Shown: positions 1 through 12,364 of the stretch, piece after piece
How positions within the stretch are numbered: the stretch's first letter is position 1
Layout of the letters: each line of letters starts with the position of its first letter
Origin: Takakia lepidozioides
Lineage: Eukaryota > Plantae > Bryophyta
Length of the DNA: 64,000 nt
Assembly (NCBI GenBank): GCA_030704615.1
Contig: CM060731.1
Location: 55,428,001-55,492,000 of the forward strand
Direction: 5' to 3'
Notes under the pieces: model-generated
Database searches by the model: none
What the model saw: the letters and a program-made list of their open reading frames with translations, nothing else
What the model was told of the DNA's origin: nothing
Position numbers and translations under genes: made by a program

Positions 1-2393
1 GCTATGGAATCACACCTCCACCTTCATGCATGTAGCTTGAAACAATACTTTCCACTTCAATGTGCGACTTCCAATCGTCGATGGACTCCGCAGATCCACT
101 TACATGGTGCCTGTGAGCCTTGGTCTTTTGCTATACTGAACCTCGCACTTGCCAACTTCGTGCGGTGTTCGATGGCTCCGAATTCCTACGCTATAGTTTG
201 TTGTCCTCCGCAACTTGGGAGACCTGGATCCCAACGAGGGAGGACTTTGCAGAGTGACTGAAACTTACCTTTGTTCCAAATTCAAGCTCAAACGGGGCAC
301 AGTTTATTTGGAAGAAGAAAGGAAGGATGTTCCTGGACAGGTTGACGAACCATTGTCGTGCTAGGTAACGACGGAGGTTGCAGAATCGAATGGCACGTAC
401 CCCCATCAGACACCATCCTGTACCGAGCTGTGGGAATGCCATTCCCTTTCGAATCAGTCGCTACCCAACCATCCACACAAGGAGTCCGGAAACCGACAAG
501 GCGGCCACTGCCAACAGAGAGGTATGCAACGATAATCATTCCCGACCTGGACCGTCAAGACCCTCCATAGCTTCTCGTGTGGACGTATTCGACATTTCCG
601 ACGAGGAAGATGACTATATTGAGGTACCCATGTCCTCCACACGGTCGTTCAAATCCGGCATGGACGTCTCTGTAGGTGCTACGCATGTGCCCCGAGCATA
701 ACTCCAACCCAGTCCATTGTGCAGCTCCTACGACAACATCACCTCGATGGTTCTCGCTCCGAGCTGGCTGCTCTCGACTATGCCAAATTCCCAGTCAGAA
801 AGGTAACGTTTCTGCCTCCCGAAGTCGATGGCAATGTCATCTTCGAGTTTCCACCTGTTTCTTCGTCAAACAAAGCCTCCGGGATGTTAACAGACATGGA
901 TCGAAAGCATGACGGACACCCCTGGTGTGTGACGAAGACTAGTAGCACGGAAATTGCTGATGGTGTTCGTGTATGATATGTCCTCTATGCGGGGAAGCTG
1001 AGGTGCCTCAATCCCACCTGCTTCCACTTTCTCTCCAAAGGAGGGCGGAGAAACGAGACGGATTGGACTGGCACACGCATCATCTATTCATTGTCTCCAG
1101 CCAAGCTCCTGCGGGTTCTTTCAAGTGTGCACATTGCAAAGAACCACCGACGTGCATGTCCATGTGCAGAGCCAAGCAATATTACGTTATCCATTGCTCC
1201 CGGACTTGACTAGAGCTTGCATACACGTTGGGGTCCACTGCCACCCCTTGGCGAGAGGCAACATGCGTGAGGCTGTGCAGGAAGCACACGACATCATAAA
1301 AGAGGAGGTGAAATTGAGCCCCGGAGCCAGACCAAAGCAGATTCAGCTGAAGGCAGCCCACAAGATTGCTCTTGGCAAAATCATGTCTGAAGATGGTTCC
1401 GACCGAGAGCCCTTGACCGAAGACGAGATGCGTGACCTCTTGGAGTCCGTCTCGCACGTTTGTAGTCCGAATGTGCGGAATCACATCGTATCTTGCAAGC
1501 AGGAGTTCGGCAGGGGGTCGGACATGTACTCAATCCTGGAGGTGAAACGAATGACTGGATATGACTACATCCAAGGTAGCAGGTTTCCAGGGCAAGGCAG
1601 CGAATCCGATCGTTGTTACATTTCAAAATGTTGACGTGTGGGCCTGGGAGTGGAGTCGACTTGGTCACTCGCATGACAACTGGAAACTTGTCGAATGCTT
1701 GGGTGATGTTTGATCACATCAAGCGAATTACAAACCATCAGTGGGTGACTATGGGTGCGCATGTTTATGACTATCACTCCAAGAGGCTCATGACGATTGC
1801 AATCTGCGAGATGAAAGGGGAGGACACACAGTCGGAGATGCATCTGTGGGAGGGCATAAACGAGCAGATGGCAAGGGCGGGATTGCCAGAGCCCAATTTC
1901 AGGGGATTCATGGCAGACAACGCTCAGGCCAACTGGGCAGCGGTGCGGCGTGTGTACGGTGAGGACCCCAACGTGCCAATGGAGGGGAAAGAGAGATCCT
2001 GTGGATTCCATTGGATGCAGAGTCTATCCCACTACACTACCAAATTTTTTGCTAGCTCATTCCAGGCTGAACACCGTGTCCTTTGTACGGCGTGGAAGGA
2101 TGCACCCACATTTGATGACGCGGAGGTTAAGTTTGCTATCATCGAGGCTTGGTGGAACAGCTGTTCACAATGAGGTGTACACCATCACCATTTCAGAATT
2201 ACCCACCTGCAATTGCACCGACTTCCAGATCATGGCGAACAAGGGGGCATCATACTGCCCTTGCAAGCATTTGTACTACGTGTACCTAAAGAGACTCCGT
2301 TGTAATTCCACAACTCATTACTTCATACATGCACCAGGGTTGAGCCCCCAGGAGGTTCACACTCTTCTGAATATGGATCCAGGGGACCAGTGA
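1..2393 (+). mobile_element. Mutator-like (MULE) transposase, family 1, copy 1: GCM-like Zn domain, DDE core, SWIM finger; frameshifted and internally deleted
   Basis: Consecutive ORFs give WCVTKTS..CAGKLRC..CAHC..C..GVHCHP (WRKY-GCM1 type), VMFDH, FMADNAQ..SCGFHW (MULE D..CxxH) and CNCTDF..CPCKH (SWIM). At ~2159 it jumps to SWIM, skipping the NxAExxH segment seen in copy 2. Starts at the window edge. Confidence 0.8.
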
Positions 2394-3236
2394 GCTTGGC
2401 TTGCGGTCCCAATACAATGGTACGCCCATCCTTTTCGGATAGTAGAACTGTACTGCTGCCAGTACCTCAGACTCTGGCCACAGAAAGGTCCGACATATGT
2501 CTTGCCTACCAGTAACCTGTTTTGCTCGAACTAAGATATTACTATATCGTTCACTTGTTTCCACGTGCATGTATTTTTGTATGTTGGAGGGTTCATGTTT
2601 TCTGCTTTCCGAAAACTTGCTTTCCTCATTCGACCTCCGACAAGGAAATGCGGCGCCGCATTTCCAAAGTATCGTGTAGGTACTGTAGAGGCGGCCTTCG
2701 CCAACACCAAACCGCTCCGAAATTTTGCACGTGCCAACCCTAATGCGGCACCTTATTTCCCAGTTCAGTTGCAAACCTTTCCCGCCGAATACCCGAAGAA
2801 GACAGAATTGTGAAGTACTGCAGACTCTATTGGTGCAGACTCCATTGGTTCAATCGCGGCAAAAGGGTCAGCTTCATTCCAATGTTAAGGCATGTAAAAC
2901 CGCGGAATACTCTATACAGGCCAGTATGCGACGTCATTTTGTAGTGGTATACTGGATTTCCCGTTGCACGGTCACTTATTTCCATGAGCGGATCTAAAAA
3001 ACCATGAGCGGACTTGTTACTGACGACATATCTTCGCCGCATTACATGATCTGGAACGTCCAAAAACGGCAAGGTCAAATAAAAAACTATTATTTTAATA
3101 CTTGTTTAATCTGCCGCATTTCCAAATTTGGAGGAGTCCGCTCATGAAATCCGCGTATCTTAGACTTCGGCTCACCGCTCATGCGGCTCATGGCTCATGG
3201 CTCATGGTTTCTGCTCATGAAATAGTAAACCTCCAG

Positions 3237-4874
3237 GGCGAGTACGGACATCCCCCTCTAGGTGCTCACCTCTGCGGTGCAGAGGTGTCCCTTTGATCTT
3301 CTCTCGCAATGTTGTCGCCCATTTCAGTGGATTCTTCGACCTCGAAGCTGTTCGCACCAACAATTCCTCCCTGTCCGGCCCAAAGCCCCATTGTTTCCCG
3401 CTCAGGAACTTGTAGTACGTGGCTTGCTGCATGATTGCTCTGTCGATGTCCTCCGTTGTGGCCGTCACTACGTCCACCAGATGTGCGGCAGAAGACGCTC
3501 GCCAGGAGGAGTGGACCGATTCTGCCATATTCGTGTTCGGCATGTCCGTGTCGGAATCCAAGCACCGCTCCTAGAAGGACACAAACAATGGTGAGGGACC
3601 AATTGAAATGTCCGTAACAGAAAGACAAATGAACGAAAATGACAGCAGCCTACCTCCCGCATGTACTGTCCGAACTGTCGATACCGAAAATGCCACCACC
3701 CCAACCAGCTGTGCAATGCTCCCAGATTGGTTGTCTCCACTGCACCTGACGTGTTCCACCAAGCCTCGATGATAGCAAACTTAACCTCCGCGTCATCAAA
3801 TGTGGGTGCATCCTTCCACGCCGTACAAAGGACACGGTGTTCAGCCTGGAATGAGCTAGCAACAAAATTTGGTAGTGTAGTGGGATAGACTCTGCATCCA
3901 ATGGAATCCACATGATCTCTCTTTCCCCTCCATTGGCACGTTGGGGTCCTCACCGTACACACGCCGCACGCTGCCCAGTTGGCCTGAGCGTTGTCTGCCA
4001 TGAATCCCCTGAAATTGGGCTCTGGCAATCCCGCCCTTGCCATCTGCTCGTTTAGCCTCCCACAGATGCATCTCCGACTGTGTGTCCTCCCTTTCATCTC
4101 GCAGATTGCAATCGTCATGAGCCTCTTGGAGTGATAGTCATAAACATGCGCACCCATAGTCACCCACTGATGGTTTGTAATTCGCTTGATGTGATCAAAC
4201 ATCACCCAAGCATTCGACAAGTTTCCAGTTGTCATGCGAGTGACCAAGTCGACTCCACTCCCAGGCCCACACGTCAACATTTTGAAAATGTAACAACGAT
4301 CGGATTCGCTGCCTTGCCCTGGAAACCTGCTACCTTGGATGTAGTCATATCCAGTCATTCGTTTCACCTCCAGGATTGAGTACATGTCCGACCCCTGCCG
4401 AACTCCTGCTTGCAAGATACGATGTGATTCCGCACATTCGGACTACAAACGTGCGAGACGGACTCCAAGAGGTCACGCATCTCGTCTTCGGTCAAGGGCT
4501 CTCGGTCGGAACCATCTTCAGACATGATTTTGCCAAGAGCAATCTTGTGGGCTGCCTTCAGCTGAATCTGCTTTGGTCTGGCTCCGGGGCTCAATTTCAC
4601 CTCCTCTTTTATGATGTCGTGTGCTTCCTGCACAGCCTCACGCATGTTGCCTCTCGCCAAGGGGTGGCAGTGGATCCCAACGTGTATGCAAGCTCTAGTC
4701 AAGTCCGGGAGCAAATGGATAACGTAATATTGCTTGGCTCTGCACATGGACATGCACGTCGGTGGTTCTTTGCAATGTGCACACTTGAAAGAACCCGCAG
4801 GAGCTTGGCTGGAGACAATGAATGGATGATGCGTTGTGCCAGTCCAATCCGTCTCGTTTCTCCGCCCTCCTTTG
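3237..4874 (-). mobile_element. MULE family 1, copy 2 (central and 3' part, includes catalytic-E region)
   Basis: Near-identical reverse copy of 1035-2159. Continues through a probable GT-AG intron (3653-3571) into DMPNTNMAESVHSSW. Its 5' end is fused to a hammerhead cleavage site at 4875. Confidence 0.8.
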
Positions 4875-4912
4875 GACTAGTTTCGCTCAGCGCGTGAGCT
4901 CATCAGTTGGAA
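4875..4912 (-). ncRNA. Hammerhead ribozyme core (unit A1), truncated at the GUC cleavage site
   Basis: Reverse complement reads ttccaa-CTGATGA-GCTCA cgcgc TGAGC-GAAA-C ta GTC, then MULE sequence replaces the stem I 3' strand. Confidence 0.8.
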
Positions 4913-5262
4913 AGAAAAGGAATGAGATACAAACCCCACCCCCCGCTTATATACTACTAGGAGTGAAATGCCTCGTGTGGACAATCTTCCAGTGGATGTC
5001 TCGTGAGGAGAAAAACCATCCAACAGATGTCTCGTACGGAGAGAATAGTCCAAAAAGTCTTGGTGGGAGAAAGTCATCCAGTGGATGAAAACAAGTTCTC
5101 GACAAGAGAGAACTAGATCCAAAGAATAAAAATCATTCAAATAGTCAATTGCATATCTCTCAAATACAACTAACTCCGTGAGTTTATGACTATGCAACAA
5201 CCAATTATGCTGAAGTTAGAGCATGTTGTGCAAAGTCGTAAGGGCTGAAACCACTTCGAAAG
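4875..5262 (-). mobile_element. Non-coding unit A1, upstream part (TATA box plus hammerhead)
   Basis: Matches 39961-40176 apart from a ~170-bp deletion in that copy. TATATAA at 4953-4947. Confidence 0.7.
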
Positions 5263-5293
5263 GGTTTAGGGTTTAGGGTTTAGGGTTTAGGGT
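5261..5293 (+). repeat. Interstitial telomeric tract (TTTAGGG)n
   Basis: agggtttagggtttagggtttagggtttagggt. Confidence 0.95.
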
Positions 5294-5295
5294 GA

Positions 5296-5787
5296 CCTTT
5301 TGAAGTTGTCGAGTTTTAGATGCGTTTGTATCCCCTACTTTAGATCATTGCATTGTTATGTGCTCTTTGTCTATACGGCATGCCATAAACTCCCTCTCGA
5401 GTAGTGCATGTGAGATCTGCATCTAAGTTGTTCCTAGTGTGTCCATTCTTTTGCAAAACAGAGATAGGGTTCTTATTATCATGTGCATCCAGTGAAATAG
5501 TTCTCATACGCACATTTGCCTCTTGCATAGGTTTGCAGTTGCATTTCAGGACACCTCGCATACTTCTATTCTAGTTTCCTGTCTCTCAGGATCTCTTCTT
5601 TCAGGTTTGATTCACAGGATCTGAAATTTTTCCAGGGGTGCATAACTGGCCCCCCCTAAAACTTGTTTGCCCGGATCGTGTTTATCTTGCACCCGGTGCA
5701 TCCGCGTTATACTCCTACACTTGTTTTGACGCTTTATGTGAACCCTAAATTTTCTTATAGTGTTAGCTGCAACACATCTTTAATCGC
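5296..5787 (+). mobile_element. Non-coding unit A1 body and 3' part, containing GTGAACCCTAAA
   Basis: Matches 15043-15449 and 17168-17378 (+) and 36078-36403, 39455-39903 and 40395-40514 (-). Confidence 0.75.
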
Positions 5788-5907
5788 TGTTAGAGGACTG
5801 CCAGGGACTTAGACATTTTTACGGGATCTGAGGAGTACCCTTAATTTTTGCACAGATTGAGACCAACAGGAGCCTTAGGGGTGACAGCAGCGCACTGTAG
5901 AGGGGGG

Positions 5908-6030
5908 TTACACAGCCCAACACAGCCAGTCACAGCCGACACAGCCGACACAGCCCGTCACAGCCATCACAGTCCGTCACAGCCCGTCACAGCCACACAA
6001 CCAGTCACAGCTTGACACAGCTGTCACGAC
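5908..6030 (+). repeat. Degenerate (ACAGCCR)n minisatellite in the gypsy leader region
   Basis: Repeated cacagccc/acagccgac/cacagcca units. Confidence 0.6.
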
Positions 6031-6579
6031 CATAGGGAACGGAAAGCAGGACATGGAACAACTGTGGGGAACAACATCTGCGAATGGAACATGATTAGTT
6101 CACGGATGACGGTTAGTGAGGGAAACGGTTAGAACAACGGGTAGGAAAATAAAGCGATGAGCGAGGACTGGAGGGGGGGCACTTCTTGACATGACTTGGG
6201 GAGAGCACTACTGGACAAGACGGAGGGAAATGAGACAGAGAGCGTATCTCTTAGCAGAAAGATGAAGAGTACGAAGTAGGAGAAGTGACGATCTGTTGTT
6301 ACTTGATGAATGCAAGCTATAGAATTGTAATGTAGAGTAGATTAGAGACACCATGGCTTCAGCCTGATACTTGATACATATTAATCTGATACATACTTCA
6401 TACTCCCACTGTGTAGAGAGATATGAGTGAAGCTGTGGAATGAATGGATGAGTTGATGGAATCCGATAGATTGATGAAGCAAACTGATACTTAATTATCA
6501 ATTGTAAGGTAGCTAGCTAACATGAATGCGGAAAGGAAAACAAATAGGAAACACCCCCATGAAACACTAGCTGTAGGTC

Positions 6580-7179
6580 ATGACTGATTGTTCTGAGCGG
6601 GCTGAGTACTTAGAGATTTCCAACTCTTCTATCTTGGAGTTTCCGCCTCGGATAGCGAAGGGATGGGTGAGTAAAAGCCGCGCGACATTTGGCGACCATA
6701 CTGGGGATCTGGGTCATGAACAACCAGATGTGACAGGCATCTGGTGGGATCGTGGAGGATGGAGAATTAAAGAATTTGATGTGAATCAAATTCCTTGTGA
6801 AACTGAGAAGGAAAGATTGTCCAAACGATTCTTCCAGAGGTTTTTGGAATTGCCGGACGGTTGTAAAGAAAACATTCTTAAGAGAGTGCATGATGCTGAC
6901 CCAGAGTGGGGTCTGGAGAAAGGAGTGATAAAGATTTATCAGGTGGCCTGTAGAGGAAGAGCACGTTGGTTACCAACATTGTTATATGTGATAGCATTGC
7001 TATCCATTAAGCGAGTAGAGTTTGAAGGCTGGGAGGAAAGAAAAGTGAATGTTTATACTCATATGCATGAAGAGCTTGTACTGGTAAAGAATTGGATTCC
7101 AAAGGATATTTTGTGGATCAAACTCACACCAAGAACAGCTTTCCAGACTTGTTTGCCATATGGTTATATGGTAACATAG
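6580..7179 (+). CDS. Unknown 199-aa ORF upstream of gypsy gag (possible accessory ORF)
   Basis: Same strand and purine-rich composition as the downstream gag-pol. No motif recognised. Confidence 0.4.
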   Translation: MTDCSERAEYLEISNSSILEFPPRIAKGWVSKSRATFGDHTGDLGHEQPDVTGIWWDRGGWRIKEFDVNQIPCETEKERLSKRFFQRFLELPDGCKENILKRVHDADPEWGLEKGVIKIYQVACRGRARWLPTLLYVIALLSIKRVEFEGWEERKVNVYTHMHEELVLVKNWIPKDILWIKLTPRTAFQTCLPYGYMVT

Positions 7180-7297
7180 ACTTCAAGTATAGCCAAGGGT
7201 GCATTGAAGCTTGAAAGAAACCCAGGCATATACGAGAGATATTACAGAAGAGAGTTTTGGTTATTGCCACATTAAAAAGAAATGAAAGACATGGGAC

Positions 7298-10200
7298 ATG
7301 AGTGATGAAAGAGAAGCTAGACGCCAGAGATATTCAGCAAAAAGAGAAAGCTATCTGAAAGCTAATTATCCATATCTTTGGGAGAGAGGAATAGACATAG
7401 GGGAATCATCTGGACCTCTCACACCATTAAGATCAAAGAGTACATCACCCATACTGGAAGAACTAGAGTTGGATGCCACTCCTTCTGTTTCTCTGCAAGA
7501 AAGATTAAGGGAATTGGTACGGGAAGAAGATCAATCACGAGGTAAAAGATCTGAGGTACATCCCTGGATAAAAGATTTGACAGAAATCTTTGATAAGAGT
7601 TGGCATGGAACACCAAAAGCAGGAACTCCAGTTTCTGAAGCGGAAGGTGAAGAAGGAGGAGAGGATGTGGCAGAGCCAACGGAGAGTTCAGACTCTCCAA
7701 CACCAGTGCAGTTGAGTTACATGAGTGAAGAAGAAACCCAAGGGCAAAACTTGGAGGATGAAAATAGAGAGAAGAAATTGGAAGAAGAAGAATATGAAGA
7801 AGTAGACCCAACAGCTGAGGTTGAGACTACAACCAGGACATCCCAACCCGTTGGACCTGGATCAAGTGGAGCACTTGGATCACAGGCCAACGAAGGTGTC
7901 GGCTCAGGGGGATCAGGCGGGCTGCCTGGATCTGGCTCTGGGGGGACAGGGAGTGTGGGCAGTAGTGCAACTGAAGCTGGGAATACTGTGAATACCGTGG
8001 GGCCGGAAGCAGGGAGTGCTCAAGGGCCACCACTTGGTGGAAGATCCACCACAAAAACAACAGGTCCAGAAGGACCAGCACCAACAAGGGTGCCAGCACC
8101 TGTCAGTGGGCAGAAGGTAGGGCCACAGATGGAGTTATAACCAACACAGGCAAAACCACCTTTTCCAATATATTCAGGAAAAGGGGATCCCGATGTACAC
8201 ATTAGCCAATTTGAGCACATGTGTATAGTGAACAATGAGAATGGCGATGATGCCAAGATGAGATTGTTTCCATGTTCACTTATAAAGAAAGCAAGTGAAT
8301 GGTATGCAAGATTCCCTGATAATCATTTCATAACCTGGAATGGCTTGAATACAACATTCCGAAATAGGTTCAGGACAAGTAAAACTGAGGATGAAGTGTA
8401 TGGAAGTTTACAACAGTTAAAGAAGCATGAAACTGTTGAGGAGTATATGGAAAAGATGGAATTGATGATGAAAAAGCTGGCTGCAGTACCAGCACCAGGT
8501 TTACAGAAGACTTGGTTTGTGAGTGGATTAAGACCAGAGTTGCAAAAGAAAGTGGATATGTTACCCCATAATACAGTGGAGGAGGCATTTGAAACTGCAA
8601 ACAGAATTGAGCAATTGGGAATGCTCAGGAGAGAGGAAAGGGATGAAGAAGACTCTGAGGATGAGTCAGATGAAGAAGAAGAGCAAGAACTAAAAAGGAA
8701 GAGTAAGAGAAAGGAGAAGTTGAAGAGGGATAACTATGAGAAAAGATTGGAAGAAATCTTGAAGAAGTATGCCACAGAGGCTGCAACACATTGGAGGAAG
8801 GGTGTATGGTGTGCAAAGTGCCAGAATGAAGGCCATACCACCACAGAATGCCACATGAAGGAGAAACACTGTACTATCTGTAAAATGGATAACCATTCTA
8901 CTGAGAATTGTTATTACAACAGAAGGACAGCTGCAAGAGAACCTAGGCAAGTAAGGGTGCATCAGGTGCAGCCCCAGCCAAGAAGAAACAATGATCAGGA
9001 CCACTACGGTAGGTCTGGTGGTTATAACAATGGCATGGAAGGGAGAGGTAATTCAAGAGGGAATTACCAAGGAAATTCCAGAGGCAACTATCAGGGTAAT
9101 CCAAGGGGGAATTACCAGCCCGGGAATCAGGATTACAGAAATAATCCAAGAGCAGACCAAGGGCGAGGACCCAATGGTGAAGAACTATGTTACTATTGTA
9201 ATCAGCCAGGACATCGCAAGGCAGCCTGTTCATTCTGGATAAGACACCAGAATGAGATGAGAGCTCCTGTGAATGAGGGCCCAGTGGTGGCAGCTCACAT
9301 GGTTAGGCCATGTATTGTACCAGAAGTAAGAACAATGATAGTAACCAGAAGCAAAGCTAAATTAATACCTCCGGTAGTTGAGGAAGATGATGATAATGAA
9401 GGTGGCAGTGATATACCTGAAGATGATGGGGCTTGGAGAGAGGAGAAGGAACTGCACAAGGAAGTGGCAGATACCATAAGGGAAATGCAGAAGAGTACTG
9501 ATATTCCTGTGACAGATTCCTCTGATTCTGATGGAGAAGAAGAAGCCAGGGAGGAGGAAAGGAAGAAAGAAGATGCGGACATGAAAAGTAATGAAGAGAC
9601 TTTGGCTGAAGTAATATGCCAGACCAAAGCAGAGATTACCATTGGACAGCTATTGGCTGTGGCACCTTATTGTAGGCACAGGCTGTATCAAGCAATCAAT
9701 CGAATTGCCCAGGAGACAGGAAACACAGACCTGAACAGCAAGGTGACCAGTTATACTGTGAAGCCGGAAGGGCAAGAAACAGTCATGGACTTTGATGATT
9801 CTATGCCAGTAATCCAATTGAGAATTGGAAGCACAGAACTAACTGATGTACTGATAGATGGAGGTTCTGGAGTAAATATCATGACAGACCAATTGAGAAA
9901 GAAGCTTGGTCTAAGTAACATGAAACCAGCCCCATTTACAGTAACAATGGCAGATCAAAGAAGTGTACAGTCATTGGGATTAATAAGAGGAGTTAAGATA
10001 CAGATACAGAAGATGATCTTTATGATCACAGTAACTGTGTTGAAGATGGATGAAGTCATGGAGGCTTACTCCTTATTATTGGGACGTCCGTGGCTGAAAC
10101 AGGCCAGGGTATTCCATGACTGGAATTCTCAGTTACTAACCGTGCATAATGGGATACACGAGATACAAATTACCACAAAGAAATCTAGTAGATTACCTGC

Positions 10201-11193
10201 TACAAGAAGACCTCGAGGAGTCAGAGAGTATGACTGGAGAGGAGGACTGGATGAGGAGCAGGAAGCTACCCTATTTGCTGCACACCCAGAGTGGGAGCAA
10301 GTTGCAGAGATGCGGCTGGAAAGCCTAAGTTGTTTAAGAGGTATCTGCTGTGGTGTAGTGACAACAACACCAACTGAAGAGGAAACCAGCAGTTACCCAT
10401 CACATTTCTATGAAGAAAGAGAAGGAGAAATGGAAATCCTAGAGGAACCAGCCATTGTGAGCTTACAGGATGAAGTGGTGACTGGTTGGACAATCACAGC
10501 TGATGAGCAGGTGAGGGAAGTGAATGTGGGAACTAAAGAGGAACCGAGGATGGTGAAAGTAGGAGCTGATTTGGAGCCAGAATTCTTTGAAGAAGCTAAG
10601 AGCTTGTTCATCAAATACAGAGATGTATTTGCTTGGAGCTATGAGGATCTAAAATGAATACCACCTGAAGTCTGTCAGCATAAGATTGAACTGGAACCAG
10701 GGTCAGTACCAATCAAGCAGGCGAGGTACAGAATGAATCCCAACTACACACAGAAGGTTGGAGAAGAGATCAAGAAGTTGGCTGAGGCTAAGTTTATATA
10801 CCCAATAGAGTACACAACTTGGTTGTCACCCATTGTTATAGTTCCCAAGAAGAATGGTAAACTAAGAGTATGTGTGAACTACAAGAAGCTGAATGCTTGT
10901 ACAAAGAAAGATCCTTTTCCTTTGCCATTCACAGAAGCAGTATTGGACACTGTGGCAGGCCATGAGATGTACTCATTCATGGATGGGTTCACTGGTTATA
11001 ATCAAGTGCAAGTGGCAGAAGAAGATCGAGGAAAGACAACTTTCATCACAGACTGGGGTGCTTATGCATACAAAGTCATGCCCTTTGGACTTTGTAATGC
11101 ACCAGCAACATTTCAGAGAGTAATAAGTGAATCTTTTCAAGAGTATCTAGATGATTTCATGCAGGTGTTCTTGGATGATTTCAGTGTGTACAG
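7298..11193 (+). mobile_element. Ty3/gypsy LTR-retrotransposon gag-protease-RT polyprotein; two nonsense codons; truncated in RT
   Basis: ORFs 7298, 8219 and 10733 share one frame (stops at 8138 and 10655). Gag YSGKGDPDVHISQF..LFPCSL..ASEWY; CCHC knuckles (CYYCNQPGHRKAAC); protease LIDGGSGVN; RT KKNGKLRVCVNY, DPFPLP, MPFGLCNAPATFQR, FLDD. Unrelated sequence follows; no RNase H or integrase. Confidence 0.93.
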
Positions 11194-12364
11194 CTCGTAC
11201 CTTCAATGGTCAGGTCTTCCTCAACTGTGGTCAGGTCTTGCTGAGAACGTTGAGAGGCAGCACCCTCCTCCGGTACCAGATCGACGGTCGATCCCATTGC
11301 CTTCGCTGCAGCAGGTTGGAAATCAAGCAGGAACTGGGCTTCAGCTCGTGGAATCGGTTTTGCGGGAGACTACTCCGCCCTCCCCCTGATTGCCTTATGC
11401 TTCCTCATTCTTGCAGGTGAAGGTGTCTGCTGCAATTGAATCTGCTTCATTCGCCTGGGTGGGGGGGAAACGGCCTGGTCCGGTTCAGAAACAAGTTGAA
11501 GGACGGGCTGCTTCTTCTTCGTCTTTGCTGGAGAAGGGCTAGACCCCTGCTGGCGATTCTCCATGACCTTTGAAGGCGGGTCGCTCTCTGGGCCTTGGAA
11601 GCCGCGTCCTTGAAACGCACAGGGCTAGGACCGGCAGGAAGACCCGTGCTCGTGGATCGGCTGGGTGTGCGTGCTGCAGCTAGCTCCACGGACTCTGCCT
11701 GCGGCTCTTTGAATTCCTGCGATCCCTCCAGCACGTCCACATTTCCGGTTAGGCATGCAAACATCTTCTACAGTCAAGTCTCCTAGCATACAGTCTAAGA
11801 ATTGCAGAAGAAAAATGAGGCGGGTTTCGGTGCTCGATCAGCTGGTGAATCCCGATAGCACGGAGCTCTCACTGGTGGCTGGGTTGCCTGCGTGGCCTGA
11901 TGCTGCGAGATGGCAATCTCCTCCTGTAGACGCATCTGCTTCCTCCCCTTCGGCATTGGCCTACGTCCGAAGTACAATTTTTGGAGCTTGCAACGATGTC
12001 TCTTCTCTGGTGCACGCACTCCCTCCCTCTCAGGTTCGAGCATAAGAAGAACAGAGACAAGGAAAAGGGGCGAAGAGTGCAGATGGAAAGGGCGCGAGAG
12101 GGGTGACTGAGGAGACACGACAAAAGAAGATGAAATGGCGGTGATACAGCACTTGGGTTCGAAAAGGTTGGAGGAAAGTGTCTCCTCGTGGACTTTGCGT
12201 CATTACAAAATTCGAATAGTTCAGGATACGCCTTCCGTCCGAAAAACAAACATCATTATCCAATGGTCAGGCCGTGCCGCCTCATGCCACTTCAGTCAGA
12301 TAGAGTGCAGACATGTGCCGCAATTTCGTTGCTCCACGTGTTCAAATTTGGAGTTGGAGTGAAA

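Noticed and set aside
2975-3220. CCATGAGCGG / CCGCTCATG inverted motifs as MULE TIRs
   Set aside because: They are too short and have no matching partner end or TSD in the window.
5261-5293. True chromosome end
   Set aside because: All telomeric tracts are short (under 80 bp), internal and of both polarities.
5296-5787. Unit A as the host telomerase RNA gene
   Set aside because: It has a template-like AACCCTAAA, but it is multicopy, truncated and hammerhead-bearing, with the motif near the 3' end. It behaves as a mobile unit. A distant relationship cannot be excluded.
5788-6579. 5' LTR and PBS of the gypsy element
   Set aside because: It starts with TGTTA at the junction, but there is no second LTR and no recognisable tRNA primer-binding site in the window.
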